Shown piece by piece: positions 18,404 to 26,733 of a DNA stretch of 64,000 nt. Source of the stretch: Minisyncoccota bacterium. GTDB lineage: Archaea; Nanobdellota; Nanobdellia; Pacearchaeales; GW2011-AR1. Each line of letters starts with the position of its first letter. Positions within the stretch are counted from its first letter, which is position 1. The position numbers and the translations under genes are program-made. The DNA is taken from the NCBI GenBank assembly GCA_035453125.1, contig DAOTCN010000001.1, positions 233,634 through 297,633 on the forward strand. Reading direction: 5' to 3'. A model generated the notes under the pieces. That model ran no database searches, was not told where the DNA came from, and saw nothing but the letters and a program-made list of their open reading frames with translations.

Positions 18404-21268
18404 TTACACTTTTAAACTCAACACTTTACTTACACCTTGATTCATGCTAACTCCATACAAGACATTTGCACTTGAGATTACAGAGTCATTATGGCTTATT
18501 ACAAGATACTGACCTGATTTCATGTATTGTTTTAATAGATTTGACAATAGTTCAGAGTTTCTTTTATCAAGTGCTGCATCTATTTCATCAAGTATATAGA
18601 AGCAGTATGGTTTGTATTCTTGTATTGCAAATATTAGTGAAAGTGCAATTAAAGTTTGTTCTCCACCTGATAAAGAAGTTACATCAAAGTATTTTCCTTG
18701 ACTAACTTTAATTGTTATTGAAACTCCACCCTCAAACATATCTTCTTTGTTTTCAATTTCAAGGAAAGCTTTTCCTTTTACACTCAAATGACTAAAATTA
18801 CGTGTAAATAGCTCATTTATTGAATTAAAAGTCTTCATAAACGTCTTTTTCTTTTTAATGTCAATTTCATGGATTATTTTTAGTATTTCATCTCTTTCTT
18901 TTTCAAGCTGTTCAACTTTTTCAGCAATTTTTTCATACTCTTCTTTTATTGAATCATACATTTCAAGAGCTCTAAGATTAACTGAACCAATTTCTGAAAG
19001 AGTTCTTTCACTTTTTTCAAGCCTTTCTTGAAGTGATGCTTTACTTCCTTGAAGAAGTTCTATTTCTCCAAATTCTTTTATTTCGATTTCAAGAGATTCT
19101 TTTGCAGCAGCTATTCCTGCTTGATTGATCTTAAGTAGGTTTATTGATTCTTCAACACGGTTCAAGCCATTCTGTTGATTAACCAGCAAAATATTTTTAT
19201 TTTTTATTTTTTCTTGTATTGAAGTTCTTTCATCAAAAAGCTTATTGAATTTTTCTGAAAGAAGTTTTGAAGCTTTTTCTTTTTCAGAAAGTGATTTTTC
19301 ACTAGCTTTTAGATCAGTTGATAAACGGGCAATTTCATCTTCGATTTCTTTTTTGTCTTTAAATATATTCTTTATTACATTTTTCATATTTTCAAGCTCT
19401 CTTTCCTTATATAAAACAGTTGTATCTAAATTTTCATCTGTTCTCGAAGATAATTCTTGCATTTCAAAAAATAAAGACTGGTATCTTTTCTCAATAACTT
19501 CTTTTTCACTAAGCTTTTTCTCAATTTTATCTCTTGATTCTTGAATTTCAGCTATTTCTTTTTTAATTTGCTCTTCATCAGCCATAATCTTTTTCATTTG
19601 AATTTTTTTATCTTCAATTATGTTTAACTTCATAAGATCTTTTGTTTTTTCACCAAGTTCAGCTTCAAGTGATCTTATCATTGAATTTATTTCATTGCTC
19701 TTATTAAAATATTTTTCAAGTTCAAAGTTTATTGAAGCTATTTCTTCCTGAGATTTTTTTATTCTTTTATCAGAATATGATAAAACATGATTTACATGTT
19801 CTTGAGTTAATTTTGTTTGACATAAGGGACAAATATCGTTTTTAGGCATTCTATTCTTAAGATTCTTGTTTTTTTCAATTTCAGATTCTGATATAGAAAG
19901 TTTTTTATCAAGTTCGGATTTATTCTTAATTATTTCAGATATTGATTTATTCAAATTTTCTATTTGATTTTTTATTTTAATTACTGACTCATTGCATTCT
20001 GAAATTGATTTTGAAGAAATTTCAATTTCAATTTCTTTTATTTGATTAAATATGAATTTTGAATCACCCTGTAATTTTTGAAGATGCTTTTCCCGGTCAA
20101 ATAAACGGTTTCTTAAACTGCTGAACTCGATTTGCATTGTTGAAAATTTATCTCTTTCATCCTGAACCTTCTCAAGTTCTTGCTTCTTTTTTTTAAGATC
20201 TTCCTGACGTTTTGACATTTTAGGAGTTTGTTTTTTAAGTTCTTCAAGTTCTTTCTCAAGCTCTTTTATGTTATTTTCAAGTTCTTTAAATCGAATATTG
20301 TTTTCAGATATTTTCTTTTCAAAATTTTCTTTTCTTGCTTTGTTTGAAGCTATTTTAACATTAAGATCTGTAATTTCTTCATTTAATGTCTCTCTTTCAA
20401 AACCAGTTGTCTTTTGAATATATTGATTTATCTCATTAATCCTATTTTCCATTTGAAGAATTTCAGTATTAATTAACTCTATTTCTTTCTTTATTTTATT
20501 CTTGTAATCTTTGTTTTTTTCAATGTCTTTTTCAAATCTTTCAACTTCTTTTAATTTTTCTTCAATTGTTTTGCTTATTATTGTTGCTTTACACTGTTTT
20601 ACGGTTTGTTCAAGTTCTTTAAATTTTAGTGCTTGTTTTCTTTCATTTTCAAGATTTTTCATATAAATTGTTCTTTCTCTTAAAACAGCTCCAACTTCTT
20701 TTAACTTTTGTTCTGTTTTTTCAATTTCAGAAAGAGCTTTTTGTTTTCTTGACTCATAAATAGAAATGCCTGCAACTTCTTCTATTATCTCTCTTCTTTC
20801 TTCTCCTTTCATTTTGATAAATCTTGCAATTTCTCCCTGAAGAACTATATTAAACCCATTTGGGTCAATTCCAACTTGCGAAAGAAGCTCTAACATTTCC
20901 TGTCTTGTTTTTGTTTCACCATTAATCTTGTATATACTCATTCCATTTTTTCTTACAATTCTTTTTATTGAAACTTCTTCTGGATGATTGGGGAACATTT
21001 TGTCAGAATTGTCAAATACAAGTTCTACAAATGCTTCGTGACATGGTTTTTTTTCTGCACTTCCTTGAAATAATAGATTTGCAGATTTAGCAGCCCTCAT
21101 ACTTTTTATGCTCAATCTTCCAAGAACAAAACATAACGCATCTGAGATATTGCTCTTTCCTGAACCATTTGGACCTATAATTACATTAATCCCAGGATCA
21201 AAAGGAAGTTCTGTTCGAGAAGCAAAACTCTTGAATCCGTGTATCACCAGCTTTTTAATATAACCCAT
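18404..21268 (-). CDS. smc: SMC-family chromosome segregation ATPase, hinge-less, with central CPLC hook motif
   Basis: 954 aa. SMC head motifs are GFKSF, GPNGSGKSN, SMRAAKSANLLFQG, QGEIARFIKMKGEERREIIEEVAGI and LSGGEQTLIALSLIFAIQEYKPYCFYILDEIDAALD. The long coiled coil has CPLCQTKLTQEH at aa 480-491. Confidence 0.9.
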   Translation of the reverse strand: MGYIKKLVIHGFKSFASRTELPFDPGINVIIGPNGSGKSNISDALCFVLGRLSIKSMRAAKSANLLFQGSAEKKPCHEAFVELVFDNSDKMFPNHPEEVSIKRIVRKNGMSIYKINGETKTRQEMLELLSQVGIDPNGFNIVLQGEIARFIKMKGEERREIIEEVAGISIYESRKQKALSEIEKTEQKLKEVGAVLRERTIYMKNLENERKQALKFKELEQTVKQCKATIISKTIEEKLKEVERFEKDIEKNKDYKNKIKKEIELINTEILQMENRINEINQYIQKTTGFERETLNEEITDLNVKIASNKARKENFEKKISENNIRFKELENNIKELEKELEELKKQTPKMSKRQEDLKKKKQELEKVQDERDKFSTMQIEFSSLRNRLFDREKHLQKLQGDSKFIFNQIKEIEIEISSKSISECNESVIKIKNQIENLNKSISEIIKNKSELDKKLSISESEIEKNKNLKNRMPKNDICPLCQTKLTQEHVNHVLSYSDKRIKKSQEEIASINFELEKYFNKSNEINSMIRSLEAELGEKTKDLMKLNIIEDKKIQMKKIMADEEQIKKEIAEIQESRDKIEKKLSEKEVIEKRYQSLFFEMQELSSRTDENLDTTVLYKERELENMKNVIKNIFKDKKEIEDEIARLSTDLKASEKSLSEKEKASKLLSEKFNKLFDERTSIQEKIKNKNILLVNQQNGLNRVEESINLLKINQAGIAAAKESLEIEIKEFGEIELLQGSKASLQERLEKSERTLSEIGSVNLRALEMYDSIKEEYEKIAEKVEQLEKERDEILKIIHEIDIKKKKTFMKTFNSINELFTRNFSHLSVKGKAFLEIENKEDMFEGGVSITIKVSQGKYFDVTSLSGGEQTLIALSLIFAIQEYKPYCFYILDEIDAALDKRNSELLSNLLKQYMKSGQYLVISHNDSVISSANVLYGVSMNQGVSKVLSLKV

Positions 21269-21289
21269 AAAGCTAATAATTTCAGAGTA

Positions 21290-21297
21290 TATTTAAA
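21290..21297 (-). promoter_or_regulatory. TATA box (TTTAAATA on minus strand) of smc
   Basis: Ends 22 nt upstream of the smc ATG at 21268. Confidence 0.6.
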
Positions 21298-21331
21298 TCT
21301 TAAGATATTAATTAGGTAGAAATAAAGTTGT

Positions 21332-21592
21332 TTATCTCTTAAAAATTGCATAAATATATTTTGTTCCAATAGGATGAAGAAACTCATACGACTCTGAAGA
21401 ATTTTCATTACCTGTTCTAAGAACAGCAAAATCTTCACCAGTGCAAACAATAGAATATTCTTGATTTTTGTCAATTTTTTTAAAACTGATTTTATAACTT
21501 TTTCCAATAAAAGTATTAAACACACTAATTAAGCTAATATTTTCTATTTGACCTTCAACTTGAATCAATTCAGGGAGTTTTACTCGTTCCAT
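21332..21592 (-). CDS. hypothetical protein
   Basis: 86 aa. TTTAAATA ends 22 nt upstream of its ATG. Preferred over the overlapping low-complexity ORF 21244-21525. Confidence 0.5.
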   Translation of the reverse strand: MERVKLPELIQVEGQIENISLISVFNTFIGKSYKISFKKIDKNQEYSIVCTGEDFAVLRTGNENSSESYEFLHPIGTKYIYAIFKR

Positions 21593-21630
21593 AAAAATGC
21601 AATTACATATCCTTATTTAAAGTTTTTTAT

Positions 21631-22296
21631 TTAGAATAATTTTTTTTGGGTTGAATAAGTCTTGTGCTTTTTTATTGTTTTCCAGGACTCTCTGAAAATG
21701 CCCTTGTCCTTGTATTTATCATAGTTTTCATAAATGAATTTTCTTGTTATTGGGTCACTTGTATAGCCTGAACCAAAATCTATGTCTAAATCTTTTTTTA
21801 TTTTTTCAATTTCTTTATCTCTTGTTGTTTTCGCAATTATACTTGCTGCTGAAACAGAAATATGATAAACATCTGCTTTATGTTCGCAGGAAATTATTAA
21901 GTTTGATTTTCCGATGATGTATTTTTCAAGATATTCCTTCCAGGCATTTATGTTTGTTGATGGGCAATCAACAATTACTTTTATTTTTTCTTTGTTTTTG
22001 TTTAGCTTGTTTATTATCTGAGCTGATGCAACTGCCTCTCTTTCATTTAAATTTAAATTGTCATTGTCTTTTCCATCAATTTCATAGACTGGAATTATCA
22101 CTGTATGGAATGCTTTAACTCTTAACTTTATTTCTTCTGCTAATTTGTATCTTTTTTTTGGCAGAATTGTCTTTGAGTCTCTTATTCCGAGTTTTACAAA
22201 TTCCTTCTCGGTTTCTTCATCAATTAAAACCCCTGCCAATACCATTGGACCTATTACTGGCCCTCTTCCTGCATCATCAATTCCTAAGATTAACAT
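21631..22296 (-). CDS. rnhB: ribonuclease HII
   Basis: MLILGIDDAGRGPVIGPMVLAGV catalytic N-terminus and DSK, ASIIAK motifs. Start moved to the ATG at 22296. The 28 upstream codons are hydrophobic junk, and a TATA-like box precedes 22296 by about 21 nt. Confidence 0.9.
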   Translation of the reverse strand: MLILGIDDAGRGPVIGPMVLAGVLIDEETEKEFVKLGIRDSKTILPKKRYKLAEEIKLRVKAFHTVIIPVYEIDGKDNDNLNLNEREAVASAQIINKLNKNKEKIKVIVDCPSTNINAWKEYLEKYIIGKSNLIISCEHKADVYHISVSAASIIAKTTRDKEIEKIKKDLDIDFGSGYTSDPITRKFIYENYDKYKDKGIFRESWKTIKKHKTYSTQKKLF

Positions 22297-22378
22297 GATT
22301 AAATTAAATATGCTTAGTATAAAAAGTTTTACTGATAGAATAAGAAATATTTTTAAGCTTAAAACAATTAAATAGACC

Positions 22379-22900
22379 ATGGCTAAAAAAGGGGAAAGAG
22401 TTTTGTTAATTTGGAAGATTAAAAATTACAGAAGTATTTATGTGCCAAAAGCAATGTATCCAAAACTTTTAGCTACTATATTGGTTATTTTTGTTGTATT
22501 ATTAATGATAATTAATTATTCTCTTCATAATTTACTTACATCTTTAATATTAACTGTTATCTTTTTTTCTTTGTTTATAATTTGGTTTTTGATTATATAT
22601 TTAGTTGATAATATGTTTGTAACTAGAAATAGAAGTAAAAATGTTAAATATTTTATAACAAACAAAGCAATTTATGTAATGAGTGATAAGTCAAAGAGTT
22701 ATAGCTTTCTTAGAGCAATTCAAATGCTTAGACTTAGTTTAGTTTCAAGATATTATGTTAAAGATGGATTTGTGTATGTTATAACAAGAAGTTGGTTGTT
22801 GCCTTTGGACATATCTAAGTTCAGAATTGAACCAAACAATAACATAAATCAAATAATTTCTGTTTTGAATAAGCTAAAAATTCCGAGAGCTAAAAGTTAG
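22379..22900 (+). CDS. hypothetical membrane protein (possible bacterial-PH/DUF304-like C-terminus)
   Basis: 173 aa. Two TM helices followed by KYFITNKAIYV-type strands. Confidence 0.45.
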   Translation: MAKKGERVLLIWKIKNYRSIYVPKAMYPKLLATILVIFVVLLMIINYSLHNLLTSLILTVIFFSLFIIWFLIIYLVDNMFVTRNRSKNVKYFITNKAIYVMSDKSKSYSFLRAIQMLRLSLVSRYYVKDGFVYVITRSWLLPLDISKFRIEPNNNINQIISVLNKLKIPRAKS

Positions 22901-22906
22901 GGAAGT

Positions 22907-23980
22907 TTAACAAAAAGGTATTTCCTTTTCTTCATCAGCGTCTTCTTGAGGAATTTGAATTGAATCTACGGTTTCAATATTTTCAACTGTTCTTTCAGTT
23001 ATTGATTCTAAGTCTTGAGTATTTTCTGGAAGATAATCTCCCGAACCTATTGGGTTATCACAATTTGGATTAAAAAGTGGAAGAGAATTATTATCTTGAA
23101 GTTCTGACATAAACAAAAAGTCATTTTTTATTTTATCTCTTGTTTGTTCTAGCCAAGAAAGATAGTCTTTTTGTTCTATTACTAAAAGGGGAAACCAAGA
23201 AATTGTTTTTTGATTAACTTTTAAGCCCGAGACTTTTTTTCTTTTAAATGTGTAATTTTCTGGGTTTAAGCCCATTTTTTCAAGTGTTTCTTCAGGGTTA
23301 ATTGTAAGTTCATTCAAAAAATCTGATGAAATGCTTGTTGTGTGTTGTGATTTGAAACCTCTTCCAGGAAGTGATTCAGCATAGTTATATTCATTATGCA
23401 AAAAATCACTGTTGTTTCTTGTTTTGTTGGGATTTAAATAAAATTGCAATGGAACTGAAAAAGGTGTTTGAACACAGTATATTATATTCTTTCTTATTTC
23501 TTCAATTAAATCCTCTTGAGAAAGCTTTCTTCTTTGCATTCCTTGAACATTGTGCCTGTAGAAATGAAAGTAAATTTTTGGAGTTGGATTTACATCAAGC
23601 AATTGCAACTGAGCAAACCGCTCAAATTGCTCTCTTATAATTTTTAACTGCTGCCCGGCAGCTATTGATTTTGCCTCGTGATATATTCTTCTTTTATGAT
23701 CTGAAACATCTGGCTGAATTTTGCCATTTGAGTAAGATATATCCATTATGCTACCATTGTGGATGTAACCTCCGACTCTTGCAGCAGTAACATTTTCAAA
23801 AAATCTCCCACTAAATGTCTTTAAACAACTACAATAACCTAGATTTATGTTTTCAAAATAAAAATTCTGCTGGTCTTTATCAGCACAAAATTGAGTAAAT
23901 CCTCTTTTCTTAATTTTCTCTGGACAAGTTTTTCTATGCTCTTTTTTTAACAAATTTGAAATAGCTTCATACCTCTTCAT
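22907..23980 (-). CDS. hypothetical protein with candidate PD-(D/E)XK nuclease motif
   Basis: 357 aa. IQPDVSD-x8-YHEAKS fits a PD...ExK spacing. Acidic C-terminal tail. No other recognisable domain. Confidence 0.4.
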   Translation of the reverse strand: MKRYEAISNLLKKEHRKTCPEKIKKRGFTQFCADKDQQNFYFENINLGYCSCLKTFSGRFFENVTAARVGGYIHNGSIMDISYSNGKIQPDVSDHKRRIYHEAKSIAAGQQLKIIREQFERFAQLQLLDVNPTPKIYFHFYRHNVQGMQRRKLSQEDLIEEIRKNIIYCVQTPFSVPLQFYLNPNKTRNNSDFLHNEYNYAESLPGRGFKSQHTTSISSDFLNELTINPEETLEKMGLNPENYTFKRKKVSGLKVNQKTISWFPLLVIEQKDYLSWLEQTRDKIKNDFLFMSELQDNNSLPLFNPNCDNPIGSGDYLPENTQDLESITERTVENIETVDSIQIPQEDADEEKEIPFC

Positions 23981-24097
23981 TTTAGCCCCTTATACAATTG
24001 CCTAAGAAAATTATGGTTTAAAAACATTCAATCTTTTCGAAGTATATATTAGAAGACTTTAAAAAAGTATTAATAGAAGTTGAGATTTGGGTTTATA

Positions 24098-24479
24098 ATG
24101 ATGGAATTACAAAATTCAATAGACTTCAATTATATTGTTGGTTTTACAGATGGAGAAGGAACATTTAATGTTGTAAATTACCCCGATGGAAGAATTAGAC
24201 CTCAATTTCTGTTATTTAATACAAATAAGGCTATTTTAGAGCAAATAAAGTTAACATTAAATTTAAATTGCCCAATATTTGAAGTATCAAGGGTTAGTGA
24301 CTTTATTTTTAAAAGAAAAAAGTGTTATAGACTGCAGGTTCGTTCAAGAGGATATTGAAAAAGTTATATGTTTGTTTGATAAACATTCACCAATTGTTAA
24401 ATTAAATGACTATAAAAAGTTTAAAGAATGTTATGAAGATTGGATAAATAATCAACGGAAACATTTAAAAGTATCTTAG
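24098..24479 (+). pseudogene. frameshifted single-motif LAGLIDADG homing endonuclease
   Basis: YIVGFTDGEGTFNV is a LAGLIDADG motif. The reading frame breaks near 24343-24352 (..RLQVRSRGY* versus ..QEDIEKVICLFDKHSPIVKLNDYKKF in the next frame). The two pieces together give a typical ~125-aa enzyme. Confidence 0.7.
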
Positions 24480-24492
24480 CTTAAAGATTATC

Positions 24493-24605
24493 AGCGGAGT
24501 GGAGCAGAAATTGTAAATGTATTAAATTATATTCAATTGCTCAGTCTGGAGTGCTCGCAAGGCCCATAACCTTGAGGTCGCATGGTTCAAATCCTGCCTC
24601 CGCTA
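24493..24605 (+). tRNA. tRNA-Met (anticodon CAT), intron-containing; possibly initiator (A1:U72)
   Basis: Acceptor AGCGGAG/CTCCGCT, D stem GAGC/GCTC, anticodon arm CAAGG-CCCATAA-CCTTG, T loop TTCAAAT. TATA at 24464-24471 ends 22 nt before +1. A T-run follows. Confidence 0.8.
24508..24544 (+). other. 37-nt non-canonical tRNA intron in the D loop (position 15/16)
   Basis: Removal restores a 10-nt D loop. The precursor can form the 4-bp helix GAGC/GCTC flanked by 3-nt bulges AGA and AGT, plus an inner helix AATTG/CAATT. Boundaries are ambiguous by 2 nt. Confidence 0.65.
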
Positions 24606-24634
24606 TTTTTTATTTTTTTGGAATTTGAATTAAA

Positions 24635-25129
24635 ATGAAAAACAAAAAAAGTTATGATATTGTTCTGATTGTGTTGGTCATAGTAATTATATTACTTGTT
24701 GCAGGTGTATTATTTTTAGCTAAAGAACTTAAGTCAATTGATGAATTTGAAAAAGAACATGCTAATTTAGATGATGCAAGTTTTTCAGATAATTATGTTA
24801 TTAAAGTTATTGATGGAGACACTTTTGTAATGAAAAATGGGCAGACAGTTAGATTAATATGTATAGATGCTCCTGAAAGAGGAGAAACGAATTTTACTGA
24901 TTCTAAAGAATTTCTTGAATCTTTAATTTTGCATAAAGAAGTTCGACTTGAAAAAGATGTTTCTGAAACAGATGATTATGGAAGATTGTTGAGATATGTC
25001 TATAGAAATGCTACTATTAATGGAGAAACAAATGAATATTTTATAAATAAAATTATGGTTAATCAGAATTATGCCTATGTTTGGGCTTATGGAAATGATA
25101 CTAAAAGATGTAGTGAAATTGCAGGTTAA
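24635..25129 (+). CDS. membrane-anchored thermonuclease (SNase-like)
   Basis: 164 aa. N-terminal TM, then VIDGDTFVMKNGQTVRLICIDAPE...DDYGRLLRYVY, typical of staphylococcal nuclease homologues. Confidence 0.85.
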   Translation: MKNKKSYDIVLIVLVIVIILLVAGVLFLAKELKSIDEFEKEHANLDDASFSDNYVIKVIDGDTFVMKNGQTVRLICIDAPERGETNFTDSKEFLESLILHKEVRLEKDVSETDDYGRLLRYVYRNATINGETNEYFINKIMVNQNYAYVWAYGNDTKRCSEIAG

Positions 25130-25157
25130 AAGGCCTAATCTATTTTTATTAATAAAT

Positions 25158-25583
25158 CTAATCAATAACATGAGTAAATAAATAAAATATCTTTTCTGGA
25201 GTATATTTCTTTCTGATTTCTGAATCAAGATAATTATAATTTTCTTTTATTTTATTAAATAAATAACTATTCAATTGACCTTCTTCTTGAGAACCAACTC
25301 CAATTTGGTCTTCTTTTATCCAAGTACCTGTTTTTTTGTTGAGTTTTCGAATACCATGAGGAATTATGTTAGGATTTAAACTTCTTCCTTCTTCAAAATC
25401 TGATTTACTAAAATTAAAAATAATATACTCCTCTTTTATCCTTTTTCTTGCGCCATTTCCAGATGCAACATACCATCCCTTTCTTTCAATATTAAAAACA
25501 ACTCTTTTTTCACCCTTGTCGATAAGTAATATTTCTTCAAGTGCCCTTGTTTCTTCTTTACGAGTTAATCTATATGACACCAT
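25158..25583 (-). CDS. hypothetical protein
   Basis: 141-aa ORF. No motif recognised. Confidence 0.4.
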   Translation of the reverse strand: MVSYRLTRKEETRALEEILLIDKGEKRVVFNIERKGWYVASGNGARKRIKEEYIIFNFSKSDFEEGRSLNPNIIPHGIRKLNKKTGTWIKEDQIGVGSQEEGQLNSYLFNKIKENYNYLDSEIRKKYTPEKIFYLFTHVID

Positions 25584-25638
25584 AAAAATAGCACATTTAG
25601 TCTATATAAAAGCATAATTATGCTTTAGAATATAAATT

Positions 25639-26733
25639 TTATTTAGCTCTTATTGTGCTTAACAAACAGTTCTGATTAAGTATCTCAGACATTAAACTTT
25701 CAGATTCATTTAATCCTGAAATTTTTATTAGTATATCTTTTTCAGTTGGTTGTTTATTAAAAATATCAGATAACTCATCCTGATTATTTACTAACGCATC
25801 ATAAACTGCAGCTCTTATTACTAAACAAATTCCACTTAAATCTTGATTTGTTTCTTCAATAAATCTTGCACATTTTATTAGTCTGTCATGCTGTCTTAAT
25901 TTTCTTAGAGGATCTCTACCAACTCTTGAAATTGGGTCAAACAAAAGTTCGTCCTTGAATCTTTCAATTTCTTTTTCTGCATAAAAATCAATAAAATCAC
26001 TTTCTGCAAGGTTCTTTATTTTCATTGCATTTTTCATTGATTCCATTACTGATTTAACGGTTTGTTCAATTTCTTGTATTTTCATTGATTCGTGCAAATA
26101 TTTACAGCTAAACAACTTTCCAAGAAAAGCAGCTGTTGCGTGGGGTGTATTGTGAAGGTAAAACTTACAGTGCCAGTATTTTTCAAGATTTTCTTTTGAG
26201 TAAACATGAATTTGCTTTGGAAGTTTAAAGTTTCCTTTTTCAACTGCAATTTCTCCAGATTCTGAAATTAAGCATAAAGAATCAATTTTTCTTAGTTCAG
26301 GGCAGCATGAATTAGAGGTTATAACATCTGGAATTCCAAAATAGCAGTTTTTATTCCCACTTAATTTCTTAAGATTATCAACAGATTCAGATTCATTTTC
26401 AAAAGAAATTATTGTCTTCGCATTTTTCAGTTTTTTTGCAAATTCAGCTATGTTTCTTGGACCAACACAAGAAAAGACAAAATCAACTTTGTTGATTAAT
26501 TTGTCTTCTTCACCTGGAAAAAAAGCTCCAGAATACTTGACTTTTTTAATATGATATTTATGATCTTTTACAAAGGCAGTTTTATATTGATTTCGTGTTT
26601 TTAACTCATTTATTAATATTGGATCTTTGTCTACAAAAAATATTTCATAACTTAAATCGTAAAAAATAGGTGCAAGAAATCCTCTCCCAATTGCTCCTGC
26701 ACCATAAATAATAATTCTCGGTTTTCTCATCAT
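25639..26733 (-). CDS. mtlD: mannitol-1-phosphate 5-dehydrogenase family protein
   Basis: 364 aa. GAGAIGRGF Rossmann motif, LHNTPHATAAFLGKL and RVGRDPLRKLRQHDRLIK closely parallel E. coli MtlD motifs as I recall them. Confidence 0.8.
   Translation of the reverse strand: MMRKPRIIIYGAGAIGRGFLAPIFYDLSYEIFFVDKDPILINELKTRNQYKTAFVKDHKYHIKKVKYSGAFFPGEEDKLINKVDFVFSCVGPRNIAEFAKKLKNAKTIISFENESESVDNLKKLSGNKNCYFGIPDVITSNSCCPELRKIDSLCLISESGEIAVEKGNFKLPKQIHVYSKENLEKYWHCKFYLHNTPHATAAFLGKLFSCKYLHESMKIQEIEQTVKSVMESMKNAMKIKNLAESDFIDFYAEKEIERFKDELLFDPISRVGRDPLRKLRQHDRLIKCARFIEETNQDLSGICLVIRAAVYDALVNNQDELSDIFNKQPTEKDILIKISGLNESESLMSEILNQNCLLSTIRAK

Noticed and set aside
18466-19544. Plus-strand ORFs 18466-18705 and 19245-19544 inside smc
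   Set aside because: They are antisense to the K/E-rich coiled-coil coding sequence. They translate to S/F/L low-complexity strings and lack promoters at the canonical spacing. They are artefacts of AT-rich antisense frames. The same reasoning applies to 1533-1715, 4720-4944, 7899-8102, 10442-10792, 22145-22375, 23371-23640, 25366-25617, 28009-28257, 34687-34893, 35855-36094, 43182-43379, 45557-46153, 46440-46682, 48013-48219, 49424-49648, 54667-54924, 57702-57887, 61032-61259 and 62687-63128.
21631-22380. Long N-terminal extensions of RNase HII (to 22380) and aIF5B (to 49127)
   Set aside because: The extra 28 codons in each case are hydrophobic or low-complexity. They precede the conserved N-terminal motif and overlap neighbouring genes or promoters. 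TATA boxes sit 21-22 nt upstream of the internal ATGs.
24279-24479. ORF 24279-24479 as an independent small gene
   Set aside because: Its conserved part (EDIEKVICLFDKHSPIVKLNDYKKF) is the normal C-terminal half of a LAGLIDADG enzyme, continuing from 24098-24350 in another frame. It is therefore part of one frameshifted gene.
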